NCBI GenBank assembly: GCA_040285745.1
Contig: JAUFOR010000002.1
Span: 1,178,001-1,242,000 of the forward strand
DNA: 64,000 bases
Direction: 5' to 3'
Source: Barthelona sp. PCE
Taxonomy: Eukaryota
Each line of letters begins with the position of its first letter. The first letter of the stretch is position 1. Of this stretch, positions 10,882 to 21,283 are shown in pieces. A program made the translations under genes and the position numbers. The notes under the pieces were generated by a model. It saw only the letters and a list, made by a program, of their open reading frames with translations. It did no database searches and was not told the DNA's origin.

Positions 10882-12453
10882 ATGAAACCTTCAACAAAAA
10901 AATCAATGCCAGTTCTGTTTGCAACCTTTTGTGTAATGTTGGGCTTTTACTTCGTCATTCCGCTCCTACCAGAGGAGATAGACAAGTTAGATGGAGGTGA
11001 ATTTGTATATGGTGCAGTTTTTGCAATATATGCCTTATTTGCAGCACTTTCATCATATATCTTTGGTAGGATATCAGTTTCCTACGGTGTACGCAAGATG
11101 TTTACAATCTGTTTAATTGGTTTAACAATAGCAGTCGTTTTTCATTCATTTGCAAACTCTATACCTGCCCATGCAGCTTCACGTGCAGGCCAAGGTTGCT
11201 TCTCCGCCATAATGGCACTGTCCTTCACGTACTGCAGTCTTGTTGCAGCGGAAGACGACGTTGTTGAATCACAGTTAATGTCATATCTCAATGGAGTTTC
11301 CTCTCTTGCAGGTTTGATCGGTCCATTGGCAGCCACATGGCTGTATACAAAAGCTGATAAATCTTTTATGAAGACCCTATGGATCGCAGCGGTTATTATG
11401 CTTATATCAGCAATTTATTCTTTCTTCTTTTTGAAAGAGCCAATGAAAATTGTAACACCGAAACATTCATCTTCAGATCTCATGCCACCGATCCGTGAGC
11501 CGGTTAATGCAGATGAGTATGCTGATAGAGTGGATGATTTCATGAAGGAGTACGAGGAGACGCGCACTGCGCTCCGTCATGTTTTAATTATTGCTTATTG
11601 TTGCTTATGGGGTATTCTCTCATCAGTTGAGTCCCTCGTGGGCATCTGGTTGTACGAGATCGCAGATACAGACTACTATTCAAAGACTATTGCTATTGCT
11701 GCAGTCTCAACTTTTATAGTTCAGGCGTTTATTGTCCCCCCTGTCGTTAAGGCATGGGGAATCATGCGTGTGGCACTCACAGCATCCTTGATGATGATTA
11801 TACCTGCGTATTTCAGCTTCCACACAGAGAAATTGGTGGTTAGAGTTTCACTAGCAGCAGCAACATCATCATTTGCATTCTGCTCTTCAACAGTAACAGT
11901 CATGATTGGAAGAACTAGTAATGACAAAGGTAAGATATTTGGCAGCATGCAAGCCTTTGTATGGTTGGCCCGTTGGGTATTTCCCACCTTTGGAGGTTTT
12001 TTGTTGGAGATTGATCCATATATTCTTGGTTTCATGATTATTTTCGTTGGTATTTTAGCTTTATTCCTTTTGATTCATGTGCAGTACAAAGACATAAAGA
12101 AATACTTAAATGTTGATGATGAAGCTCACGAATCTACATACACTGCCAATTTAGATGAAGTTGTTGTCACTCCAATACTTCCAAATTTACCGGAGATAGT
12201 AACAAATGAAACAGTTGAAGATATCTTAGAAAGAGAACGTTCTTGTGGTCCTTCTCCATTTAGGGAACAAGATGTAGAGGAATATTTCTGTAATTCTGAA
12301 GAAGAAGAAACTGAGATAGAAGATTGTACTCATTACGCTATTGCTGATCAACATTATTCATCTCATCAAGTAGATTTGCCAATTGATGAAGAAGGAGATT
12401 ATACTATGAGTATACCTGAACAATTGTTACCGAATAATGTCAACCCGTTCTAA
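10882..12453 (+). CDS. Major facilitator superfamily transporter (TetA/MFSD-like) with acidic tail
   Basis: About 12 TM helices; motif A-like GRISVSYGVRK; GLIGPL in TM5. Confidence 0.88.
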   Translation: MKPSTKKSMPVLFATFCVMLGFYFVIPLLPEEIDKLDGGEFVYGAVFAIYALFAALSSYIFGRISVSYGVRKMFTICLIGLTIAVVFHSFANSIPAHAASRAGQGCFSAIMALSFTYCSLVAAEDDVVESQLMSYLNGVSSLAGLIGPLAATWLYTKADKSFMKTLWIAAVIMLISAIYSFFFLKEPMKIVTPKHSSSDLMPPIREPVNADEYADRVDDFMKEYEETRTALRHVLIIAYCCLWGILSSVESLVGIWLYEIADTDYYSKTIAIAAVSTFIVQAFIVPPVVKAWGIMRVALTASLMMIIPAYFSFHTEKLVVRVSLAAATSSFAFCSSTVTVMIGRTSNDKGKIFGSMQAFVWLARWVFPTFGGFLLEIDPYILGFMIIFVGILALFLLIHVQYKDIKKYLNVDDEAHESTYTANLDEVVVTPILPNLPEIVTNETVEDILERERSCGPSPFREQDVEEYFCNSEEEETEIEDCTHYAIADQHYSSHQVDLPIDEEGDYTMSIPEQLLPNNVNPF

Positions 12454-12469
12454 TATCAATTGTTATTGA

Positions 12470-13525
12470 TTACTCCGTTCTTATGATTATATAACTCTTC
12501 TTGGAAGCATCATATGTTAATATATGTTTGTTTTGATATTTTTTGATAACTGGTTTGATCGAGTGTATTGATAGCTTTTCAATCATTTCTCCATTGTTTT
12601 TCTTTAACTTCTTTAGACTACCAACCTCATCAACGGTAAATATATAATTGGTAAATACTAAAATGTTGTAAATACATAATGAATAACATTGCTTTTCATA
12701 TACAACATCATCTACCACATAAACCAATGTGCCGTTACGTGTACCAAACGCAAGCTCGCCGTTATACCCTGCAATACATGTTACTTCACCACAATGCAAT
12801 GGTAGTAGATCTAGTGAAAAATTTTCTAGCGTAAGAAGATACATATTGTTATCACAAAGTAGAGCCAGTGCCTCCTCCAAAACAACAACTGATGTGATTG
12901 CACTTGGTGCATTACGTGATAAAATGACAGTCTCATCAACAACAAAAACTATTGACCCATTTACGCAACAGAACACGATGTATTCATTCACTACAGTACA
13001 CGCGGTAACACTGGAGCTCATTTGCATTTTTGATATTTGTTCGAAAGAGGATAAATCGTAGTAGAATGCTGTTGTGTCAATACAAAGGATACAGCGATTT
13101 TTAGCCTCGTCGATCGCCAGAACGAACTTCTCCGAGTCCGTTGCAAGCCTTTCGTTGTAAGAAACGCGTACTAAATCAGAAATCGAAAATCTCCACAAGG
13201 CAGGCTTTACACCGTGAACGCTAATCACGGAATTGCCATGTGTATCCAACGCTCTTACAGGAAAGACGTTATTTCCGATGGTATTCATGATGGATAAACC
13301 CAAAAACGGTGATGATATCAGACTATTGTTTGCAACATTCCCCAGAGATTGTTCTAACAATGAATCAACCGCGTTCCATCTCGTCTCTAGTACATTTTGA
13401 TGCTCTTCAATACCAGAATCAACCTCAACTCCGAGTATTGTGGAAACTGTGTTCAAAAGATCCTGAGGTACTTTATATTTCTGTAAATGCGCAATTAAAG
13501 CTGTGTTTAGATCACAAGGAGGCAT
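12470..13525 (-). CDS. Divergent LIS1/PAC1-like protein (LisH-like N-terminus plus degenerate WD propeller)
   Basis: N-terminal DLNTALIAHL...VLETRWNAV resembles LIS1 ELNRAIADYL...LLEKKWTSV; the rest is beta-rich. Confidence 0.5.
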   Translation of the reverse strand: MPPCDLNTALIAHLQKYKVPQDLLNTVSTILGVEVDSGIEEHQNVLETRWNAVDSLLEQSLGNVANNSLISSPFLGLSIMNTIGNNVFPVRALDTHGNSVISVHGVKPALWRFSISDLVRVSYNERLATDSEKFVLAIDEAKNRCILCIDTTAFYYDLSSFEQISKMQMSSSVTACTVVNEYIVFCCVNGSIVFVVDETVILSRNAPSAITSVVVLEEALALLCDNNMYLLTLENFSLDLLPLHCGEVTCIAGYNGELAFGTRNGTLVYVVDDVVYEKQCYSLCIYNILVFTNYIFTVDEVGSLKKLKKNNGEMIEKLSIHSIKPVIKKYQNKHILTYDASKKSYIIIRTE

Positions 13526-13602
13526 GAAATTAAGTCCCTTTAAAATGAAAGGGTGTTTTATTTTGTTACACTAGTATTCGAAAAGGATATCGTACGATTA
13601 AC

Positions 13603-14274
13603 ATGTCATTCAACCACGATGTCAACACTATGCGTTGGAGCCAAAGTCCAACAGAGGTTCGTGAACCATTTGATCGTAAGCGTAGTTTTGCGCAAAGGAG
13701 AACCAATCCATCAAGGAATTCGTACAACAACGGTGGCATGCCCCGCAAGATGGAGCGTTCAGTATCAAACAATAGTCGATCAAAGTTCCAAAACTTTGTT
13801 CTTCATCCTGAGTTTGGTCATACCCCTCCTGATGCAGTTTGGGAAGCATGGCAACTGGAGACATTACAGGATGCTAAGGCTGTTTTTATGACGAGCTTCA
13901 ACGAGGGATTAAAGGATGATATGATTTTGATTCAGAAGTATCATCCTCAGCATGCAAGAGTTCCATTTCCACTTCAAAAGGAGTTGGATAGTAATAAGAA
14001 CAGAGTCATTGATGATTTGATGTTGGAAAATAGCCCTGTAGAGTTTAAGTGCACACAGTGTCAAATGATTGCTTCAAAGGATGAAATTGCCACCCATATT
14101 GCAACAGAACACAAAGATGTCCTCGACCAACATTTGCAAAGTGTGTATGATGATATTTATGCTCGTCATTACTTTTTGAGGGAGTATCAACCCAAATTTA
14201 ACAGTAGTCAAGGACGTATTGTTTACAGGGATCCAGCAATCCTTCTCTTTGGAGCAAAGACAAAGATTAAATGA
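13603..14274 (+). CDS. Miniaturised SERRATE/Ars2-like protein with C2H2 finger
   Basis: QKYHP (DUF3546-like), FKCTQC...HIATEH zinc finger, C-terminal VYRDP resembling the Ars2 YRDLD cap-binding-complex motif. Confidence 0.6.
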   Translation: MSFNHDVNTMRWSQSPTEVREPFDRKRSFAQRRTNPSRNSYNNGGMPRKMERSVSNNSRSKFQNFVLHPEFGHTPPDAVWEAWQLETLQDAKAVFMTSFNEGLKDDMILIQKYHPQHARVPFPLQKELDSNKNRVIDDLMLENSPVEFKCTQCQMIASKDEIATHIATEHKDVLDQHLQSVYDDIYARHYFLREYQPKFNSSQGRIVYRDPAILLFGAKTKIK

Positions 14275-14290
14275 TTGTGATATGATCAGA

Positions 14291-15004
14291 TCAATTTTTT
14301 TTTGGATTTAGATAGATTTTAGTAATTGATTTTTCATACATTAATTCAGAATCTTCATCCCACCAAAGATATTCAGGCACCTCTTCTTCACCTATTGGAT
14401 CAAATACATTGTTGTAGAATTTGTCTTTTTCTTGTAATTTGAGTTGGTGTCTGCGGTGAAATTCTAAATTACCAAACCACACCGGCAGCGAGATTTTCTC
14501 CTCATCAATGACACAGTAGCTCATATTATTTTGTTTTCCTCGTGATATCCATACATTAAGGCATGCATTATAGTATATTTTAACAAACGTAGCATCGTTT
14601 CTTGTCATTAGAACCATTGGATGATGAGCCCAACCAATAGAATTGTCCAGCTTGATTCGTTGTGGAAGACCTCTCCATTGGTTGTTAGTTAAGTCGCCAA
14701 TTTTTGATTTGTTAACATGAATAGATGAATTGCGTGGCTCACGCACTTTGCACTGTTGTATGATGTTGTCCAGCTCATTATTCTGAACCCATGTTTGGAA
14801 CAATCGCTTCATTGTCCTGTGACTGTTAATTATTTGCATTGCCTCTACACGCTGTTTCCCAAGCCTGCGGTTGTCCAACATGCTACAATTGATTTCGAAC
14901 AGTTCTGAGAGCTCATCATGAGCTTCTTTATAGCAACCGTTTTGGAGAAGAGCTCGTATCCGGTCTAAACTGTTTGTTTGTATGAGCGGTAGGAAGAGCT
15001 GCAT
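14291..15004 (-). CDS. Hypothetical protein (237 aa)
   Basis: ATG-started ORF in a tightly packed position; no family recognised. Confidence 0.6.
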   Translation of the reverse strand: MQLFLPLIQTNSLDRIRALLQNGCYKEAHDELSELFEINCSMLDNRRLGKQRVEAMQIINSHRTMKRLFQTWVQNNELDNIIQQCKVREPRNSSIHVNKSKIGDLTNNQWRGLPQRIKLDNSIGWAHHPMVLMTRNDATFVKIYYNACLNVWISRGKQNNMSYCVIDEEKISLPVWFGNLEFHRRHQLKLQEKDKFYNNVFDPIGEEEVPEYLWWDEDSELMYEKSITKIYLNPKKN

Positions 15005-15222
15005 TGTTTCGTGGAGTTAATGTGTTTAAAAATGAAATTGAAGCAATAAAAGGTATAGAAACCAAATATAGTAATATCTTTTTAGATTTATTTCATGGTT
15101 GTGCTTTGTAAAACAGAGGTTTCATCCATGAAGTTTGTAAATACTATAAATTGGTTGAAGAGAAATTTGTTTTCAATTCTTGCATCTATTTCACCAGTTT
15201 TTTGGGATTTAAATCAACGCAA

Positions 15223-17274
15223 ATGAGCTTATATGGATCTAGAAGTCCATCTTCGCTCAAATCTTTGTCGAAATCTAAGCTTACAAATTATCCGTTTGCT
15301 TTAAACAGTAAGAAACGTGACGGGATTGTTTTCAGTCCTCAGGTTTATCGTTCAATGCAAGGGACACTCCACTCTGATGGAAAAGTTACTTTATCTCCAA
15401 AGCAGGATTACCCCAAAGGTCTTTTACCACGTTGTCCTCTTGAAAAGCAGTCAGGCATGTGTACCATGCGCGACAACGAGTATCACATGATGAATTATCA
15501 GCATGTATGTGAATCAATTGGTAATTGTGAAATGTTAGAAGATCATAACCATTTGCGACTTTTTTACCATGAAGAATCGCACACGTCGTGGCGTACAGTG
15601 ACGCCAAAGAACCTCTCATCGACAATAGCGCTTCAGTTGGACGAATTTAATGCTGATTCAGACAGTGATACACCACAACCTGTAACCTTACCACTTTCTG
15701 TATTGAAACGTAAAAAAACAAAGTACTCTCACGAGGAAGACGAGGGAGTGTGTCCGTTCGGCGAGGACTGTGAGTTCTTGAACCACGACGAGCACATGGA
15801 GAGATATCAACACCCATGGTTGGAAGAGGGTAGTGAGAAGGAAGACCCTTACGAAATGGCAAAGACAGCGCTCATTGCTACACCGTTGAAGGAGCGGGTG
15901 TTCCACTCGTGGCAGTCATCTCTTGAGATGGAAGAGATGTCTAAGTATGATAAAGACTGCGCAACATATGATATATTGCCGAAGCAAGTACCCTTTCATC
16001 ACAGTTACCCTTTGGAGCTCTTTGAGCCTGATTTCATAGACGATGCGCCGAAGGTATTATTGGAGTGTAAGTTAGGAACACACAGAGTTAGATTGGTACA
16101 AGGAGATCCCCTATTGACGACGGTTCCGGTAGTTATATTGCCGCAGAACACTCTATGTTACTCCCACGATGAGGCAGTGATACGAATCTGCGAGCAAATG
16201 GCGCCAAAGGCACAGAGAGAGTTGCAGAAATTGCAAAGGAATCAACATGAAGTGGGGGAAGTCATCACACAATCAGCTGATGGATTTGCAGAGTTCTTGG
16301 TCCACAGCGTGCTACCCGTGTGCTTCCCAAGCTCTGAATCGGATTTGAACGAGATTCAGTCCATGTTGAACAGTGTTTATCGCGACAGTTTTGTCAGCGC
16401 GTTGTCATGGTCACAGACTGTTGGAATTATTCCATTTGGAGTTGACGATGTTAATAACCTTGCTGGGATGAGCGGAAAGGCACTCATCAGTAGTATTTGG
16501 GAACTTTTGTTCTTTGGTCTTGAGGATGCTGTTTGCATTGATATTTTATGTTATTCAAAAGCACAAATTATTGAGGTAGGTCAGTTTTGGCTTCACATGA
16601 CGAGTTCTGCAGTTTTATTTGAAAAAGAAGTTGATAAAGAAGCAGTTAACAATGTGCATAAATTTTTTGAAGAGTTTGATGTTAAGAGTATTCTGGCCAA
16701 TAATGATGATAAGTTAGTTTTGAGCGGTTACTCCAGCGTAGATGAGGATAGTGAAGAGGAAGTCAAGCTTCCTGAAAAAGATGCAGAAGCAAAAGAACTT
16801 GTTGATGAGGAAGATGTTGATCAACCTTCAATTCCACAAGTGACTGAGCAGATGCTGAAAGAATTGCGGGAAATGCAGGAAGAGCTTTTGGAGTCGGGTT
16901 CCGAATCTGAGCTCTCGATAGACGATGATGAGTACATAACAGACAGTGTCAGTGATCCGAATTTGCCAGAGATTGTTGAAACTAATATTCAAGTGCTTGG
17001 TAACAATGAAACAACAACAGATGATGAAGAACAGGTTGTGACAGGATTAGAAATGAGTGATCTATCAAGTGTTGAATCCATTAATGATAACAGTGAAAGT
17101 GAAGAAGAAGAAATTGTTTCCGAAGAAGATGAAAGTGATTATTTTATAGTCAACCCAATTCAGCCAGAATTAAGTACTAAAGATTTACTCTATTTCAAAG
17201 AAATGGATAGTTCTGATGCAGAAACAGAAAGTATGCTAAGTTCTTACATCAATTTTCCAATTAGAAGACGTTAA
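15223..17274 (+). CDS. Protein with PBZ-like CCHH zinc fingers, a macro-like domain and an acidic tail
   Basis: CPFGEDCEFLNHDEHMERYQHP plus two similar Cx5-7C..H..H motifs; VRLVQGD...VVILPQN...GEVITQ...FLVHSVLP macrodomain pattern. Confidence 0.65.
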   Translation: MSLYGSRSPSSLKSLSKSKLTNYPFALNSKKRDGIVFSPQVYRSMQGTLHSDGKVTLSPKQDYPKGLLPRCPLEKQSGMCTMRDNEYHMMNYQHVCESIGNCEMLEDHNHLRLFYHEESHTSWRTVTPKNLSSTIALQLDEFNADSDSDTPQPVTLPLSVLKRKKTKYSHEEDEGVCPFGEDCEFLNHDEHMERYQHPWLEEGSEKEDPYEMAKTALIATPLKERVFHSWQSSLEMEEMSKYDKDCATYDILPKQVPFHHSYPLELFEPDFIDDAPKVLLECKLGTHRVRLVQGDPLLTTVPVVILPQNTLCYSHDEAVIRICEQMAPKAQRELQKLQRNQHEVGEVITQSADGFAEFLVHSVLPVCFPSSESDLNEIQSMLNSVYRDSFVSALSWSQTVGIIPFGVDDVNNLAGMSGKALISSIWELLFFGLEDAVCIDILCYSKAQIIEVGQFWLHMTSSAVLFEKEVDKEAVNNVHKFFEEFDVKSILANNDDKLVLSGYSSVDEDSEEEVKLPEKDAEAKELVDEEDVDQPSIPQVTEQMLKELREMQEELLESGSESELSIDDDEYITDSVSDPNLPEIVETNIQVLGNNETTTDDEEQVVTGLEMSDLSSVESINDNSESEEEEIVSEEDESDYFIVNPIQPELSTKDLLYFKEMDSSDAETESMLSSYINFPIRRR

Positions 17275-17293
17275 AGAATTTTGGCACAATAAA

Positions 17294-18592
17294 CTACAGG
17301 TCCCACTCCAATACTATTTGTTTCAAAGTTGCACGTGCTTGCGAAATATTATTCCGTGCTTTACGTCTATGCACTCGCTTAGATTCACTAAGCTTCATGC
17401 TACCAGTCAGGCCAGTACTCTGTTTAGCCTTTGATGAGGCGGTTGGCTGGAACAATCTAGAAGTGGAATTTCTGTACCGACTCTTTGATTGTGACTCTCC
17501 AATCTTTTTAACTGATACTTTCTGTCTTTGATGCTGTTTCCGCACAGCAACACCGCTTGACGGGAGTGGTGCAGAACCAGGCCTCTTCCTTCGATTCTGT
17601 CTCGCTCTTACCGGAGGCTCCTTTGCTAAATGTGGCAAAGTAGGTTTGTTTGATATCTGGGGTAAAGATGGAGTAGTCCTTATCCTTCTGAAATCCGTAC
17701 TCTTACTGCCAAAGCCACTACTCGACTCAATGCGGGGCTCTCGTTCACTAATAGCAGCGGTCACACTGGGACGCGCAATAGTGGGTGGTGCAGTGGAAGG
17801 CCTCTCGACAACAACCAATATTGGTCCGGATTTGTTCGGTCTCCCTTTGATAGAAGCTATGCCATCTAGACTATAGCCGGCACCACCACTTCTAATCAAG
17901 TTTCCTTCTCTTTTTGAGTCAGCCCAACTAATTGATTTCTGTCTAAAATACACTTTCCCTGTTTGTTTAACCTGTGGGGGAGGTCTGGGATACATCAGCA
18001 CCGATGGAGCTGGGATTCTAAACCCATTAGTGGAATTATGCAGCGTATTGTACAGAACAATGGCTTTGGAAGAAAGCTGATCCTCATTAACGTTGGGTAT
18101 CAGCACGGTGTCTATGTTTCTGTTGTATGCCATGATGTGCTGAAGATAATTTGGTTTTAAACGAGGTGGAACATGATAGGAAATATATTTGAGACAATCC
18201 GCACCACACCAATTTAGTGTTGCACCCATGTAAGCCACGAGGCATGCAATGCAGCGGCCATGGCCCTCCACTGAATGTATAAGAACAGTACCACTGCCAC
18301 GAATAGCTGAATCAATGAACTCAACAATCTTTAGAACGGTCTTTTCCTCAAATAAATCTGTTGCAACCTCTCTGTTCCAGGAAAAAGACAGGTATTGAAT
18401 ACCGAATTGAGCAAAATTATTTGGTACATCGTCACTACAACAATTAATTATGTGCGTTATGCAATTGGCAAAGATGAAATCTGCTCTTTGTGATGACGCA
18501 AGACCCCCTATATGTATGCCATCAAGTACTCTTATGCTTGGCAGGACTACATTAACATCGTCCAAATGTAGAATTTGGGGTTGCGCAAACAT
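17294..18592 (-). CDS. Dual-specificity phosphatase-like protein (catalytic Cys replaced by Ser) with basic low-complexity tail
   Basis: GIHIG, ITHIINC, VLIHSVEGHGRC in place of HCxxGxxR. Confidence 0.85.
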   Translation of the reverse strand: MFAQPQILHLDDVNVVLPSIRVLDGIHIGGLASSQRADFIFANCITHIINCCSDDVPNNFAQFGIQYLSFSWNREVATDLFEEKTVLKIVEFIDSAIRGSGTVLIHSVEGHGRCIACLVAYMGATLNWCGADCLKYISYHVPPRLKPNYLQHIMAYNRNIDTVLIPNVNEDQLSSKAIVLYNTLHNSTNGFRIPAPSVLMYPRPPPQVKQTGKVYFRQKSISWADSKREGNLIRSGGAGYSLDGIASIKGRPNKSGPILVVVERPSTAPPTIARPSVTAAISEREPRIESSSGFGSKSTDFRRIRTTPSLPQISNKPTLPHLAKEPPVRARQNRRKRPGSAPLPSSGVAVRKQHQRQKVSVKKIGESQSKSRYRNSTSRLFQPTASSKAKQSTGLTGSMKLSESKRVHRRKARNNISQARATLKQIVLEWDL

Positions 18593-18721
18593 TAAATATT
18601 CATATAATAGTACAAACTACGGTTCAAATCGTAAGGTAAATGATGTCAAAACTTTCGTACCCCGATCGAGTTCAAAAGAAAGAAGTGATATTAATAATAA
18701 CACCTATTTAGCAGAAATTTT

Positions 18722-20011
18722 ATGAAGGCAGCTGTGTTAGTTCTTGGAGAGCTGGGTCGAAGCCCCAGAATGCAGTATCATTGCCTGTCTTTAGCGAAAA
18801 GAAAAGCTGACGTTACTTTTATAGGCTATCCAGGATCAAATCCTCATCCAGAAATTATTGAAAACCATCGCATAACACAGAGGTACTTGCGCAGACCTCT
18901 AAAAAGGAGCGTACATGGATTGTTTTTTCCATTCTTAGCATTCTATAAGATTTTGTATCAATTCTTTAGCGTTCTGTGGGCTCTTTTACGGACCGATTTT
19001 GATCTATTGGTTATTCAAAATCCTCCTTGCATTCCTGTATTTTTTAGCGTCTTTTTTTACAAACTGTTAACGTTTTACAAGCGTTCAAAATACAAGATCT
19101 TGATTGATTGGCATAATCTCGGGTATTCTCTTCTTGGGTTACACCTAAGAGGTGCTTTAAGAAAGATAATAATGCCAATAGTCACTCTATATGAACATAT
19201 TTTTGGTCGTTGGGTTGGAGATTATCATATATGCGTGAGTCAGAAGTTTAAAGAATACTTGCAAGAGCGTCAAATTGATGCCACAGTCTTGTATGATCGT
19301 CCAAATTCTTTATTTCAACCACTATCCTTTGACGAGAAGAGAGATTTTTTTACAAAATACAAGAGCTTGTTATGTTTAGAGGATAATCACTTTGTCAGAA
19401 TAGACGCAAGCAGACAAACAGGACCTATTCGTATTGTATCTCCATATATTTTTGTAACTCCAACAAGCTATACTCCTGATGAAGATGTCAAAATGTTCCT
19501 TCGTGCTGCAGACATGCTTTCAGACTGCGAGTTTGAAGTTAGGTGTGTTATAACAGGTAAGGGACCGATGTATGATGAGATAGCTGAACTTGTTTCTGAG
19601 TTCAACGAAAAACACACAAATGTCAAATTTTCTCAAGCGTTTCTCCCAATAGAAGACTACCCCAAGCTGCTCAGCTGCGCAGACATGGGTGTCAGCTTCC
19701 ATTATAGTTCCAGTGGAATCGATCTACCTATGAAAGTTGTTGATATGTTTGGTGTAGGTCTACCCAGCGCTTCTATTGAATTTCCTGCTCTTCCTGAGCT
19801 TATCAGAGACAACGAGACAGGGTTTGTATTTAAGAACGAGGAGGACCTGAGCAATACAATGAAGATTTGTGCTCTTGATCCAGAATATTTAGCTGAAATC
19901 AGTCATAACATGAAGGAAGATGAGCATTCTTGTGATTGGGACACCCAATGGGACGCAAAAATGCCTGAATTGTTGAGTTTCTTTGAGGATATTTCCGTGA
20001 AGAATGATTAA
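18722..20011 (+). CDS. ALG1: Chitobiosyldiphosphodolichol beta-mannosyltransferase
   Basis: VLGELGRSPRMQYH, QNPP, IDWHN, LYDRP, TSYTPDED, SSSGIDLPMKVVDMFG. Confidence 0.97.
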   Translation: MKAAVLVLGELGRSPRMQYHCLSLAKRKADVTFIGYPGSNPHPEIIENHRITQRYLRRPLKRSVHGLFFPFLAFYKILYQFFSVLWALLRTDFDLLVIQNPPCIPVFFSVFFYKLLTFYKRSKYKILIDWHNLGYSLLGLHLRGALRKIIMPIVTLYEHIFGRWVGDYHICVSQKFKEYLQERQIDATVLYDRPNSLFQPLSFDEKRDFFTKYKSLLCLEDNHFVRIDASRQTGPIRIVSPYIFVTPTSYTPDEDVKMFLRAADMLSDCEFEVRCVITGKGPMYDEIAELVSEFNEKHTNVKFSQAFLPIEDYPKLLSCADMGVSFHYSSSGIDLPMKVVDMFGVGLPSASIEFPALPELIRDNETGFVFKNEEDLSNTMKICALDPEYLAEISHNMKEDEHSCDWDTQWDAKMPELLSFFEDISVKND

Positions 20012-20349
20012 TTTTTGTAATCGAAATGCAAAAGTAGAGTTTTTATTAAAGAGTAAATATACTTTCCATTGTCTCAGAAACAATTTTTCGGTTTCAGTTC
20101 CTGAAAAGAAATGAAATATGCTCAAAAGTTCGTTAGAATCTCATTGATGATAGTAAAACGGTATTCAGCTTCATATTGTGATGCTTAACTTTTCAATATC
20201 CACATAAACACGGCAGAAATTATCAGCAAAATTGCATTGCAATCTACAGTTTTGCTTTTACTTTATTCTCTTATTTGGGCATTTTTGAACTGCGTATTTT
20301 GGCTTATTTTTGTTTTTTGCAACGGGAACTTACATTTAGACGCTATTTT

Positions 20350-21183
20350 ATGATATACCAACATTCTGATCCTACGAACTCTGCTGAGCATGGCACTTTT
20401 AGGTTCATATATCCTAAGAACGACGTCCAGGAATCGTGTTATCTGCTGATCAGCTCAGACTGGTCAAGAAGAATCCCAATGTACCGTCGTGGGAGAAAAG
20501 AGCACTATCAGTGTCTTGTTCAGCTGAACATGAACACTGTTTACGAGTTCAGGTTCTTCGTGGATGGAAACTTCACATCTTTGCACTGGTGGAACCATCG
20601 TGGCACGTATAACAACAACGTTCTTTACACAAGTGTTCCACCAATTGCATACAGTCAGATCATCAGGGAAGATGCCGTTGATGACCCTGTATGGGACATC
20701 CGGATGTTATTTGGTGAAGAGATGGATGAATGTATGAGAGAAGTTGATTTTTTGTTCAATCATGCCATTCATGAGGGTAAAAACCACGCTAAATACCACG
20801 GACATGCTGTCTACATAACTGGAAACTGGGATAACTGGAAAACACCACATTTAATGGACAATTTATCGCATACATCATGGCGTACATGTTTTACCTTACC
20901 ACCAGCTACTTATGAGTTCAAGTTTTGCAACGAGGACAAGACATGTTGGTGGGTAAACCCTGATTACCCAACTGTGCACACTGAAGAAGGATTTGTCAAT
21001 AATGTCCTGACTGTTGATGCGGAATATGAATATCGTTTAGACATGTTACATTCATCACCGTTGGGGCAAAAGGGCCAGCTGAATTTACAAAGAGCGCATG
21101 GTGTTACTCCAGCTGTGAAGAATCTCTTTACAGAGGTAGAAGGTGCCGGTTTAGGTGCTAGTCCAATTGAGAATTGGATGTAA
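20350..21183 (+). CDS. Tandem CBM48/AMPK-beta-type glycogen-binding domain protein
   Basis: Two repeats of xDW...M...YEF(R/K)F.V...NNVL, e.g. VYITGNWDNW...YEFKF...GFVNNVL. Confidence 0.75.
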   Translation: MIYQHSDPTNSAEHGTFRFIYPKNDVQESCYLLISSDWSRRIPMYRRGRKEHYQCLVQLNMNTVYEFRFFVDGNFTSLHWWNHRGTYNNNVLYTSVPPIAYSQIIREDAVDDPVWDIRMLFGEEMDECMREVDFLFNHAIHEGKNHAKYHGHAVYITGNWDNWKTPHLMDNLSHTSWRTCFTLPPATYEFKFCNEDKTCWWVNPDYPTVHTEEGFVNNVLTVDAEYEYRLDMLHSSPLGQKGQLNLQRAHGVTPAVKNLFTEVEGAGLGASPIENWM

Positions 21184-21283
21184 AGCTTTACTATTGTTTT
21201 TGATTTTGCTCTTGTCATGTCAGACTGAGTAACCTTATTAATTGATTGATTTTTAATTGATATTAAATTGATGTAGAAAAAAA

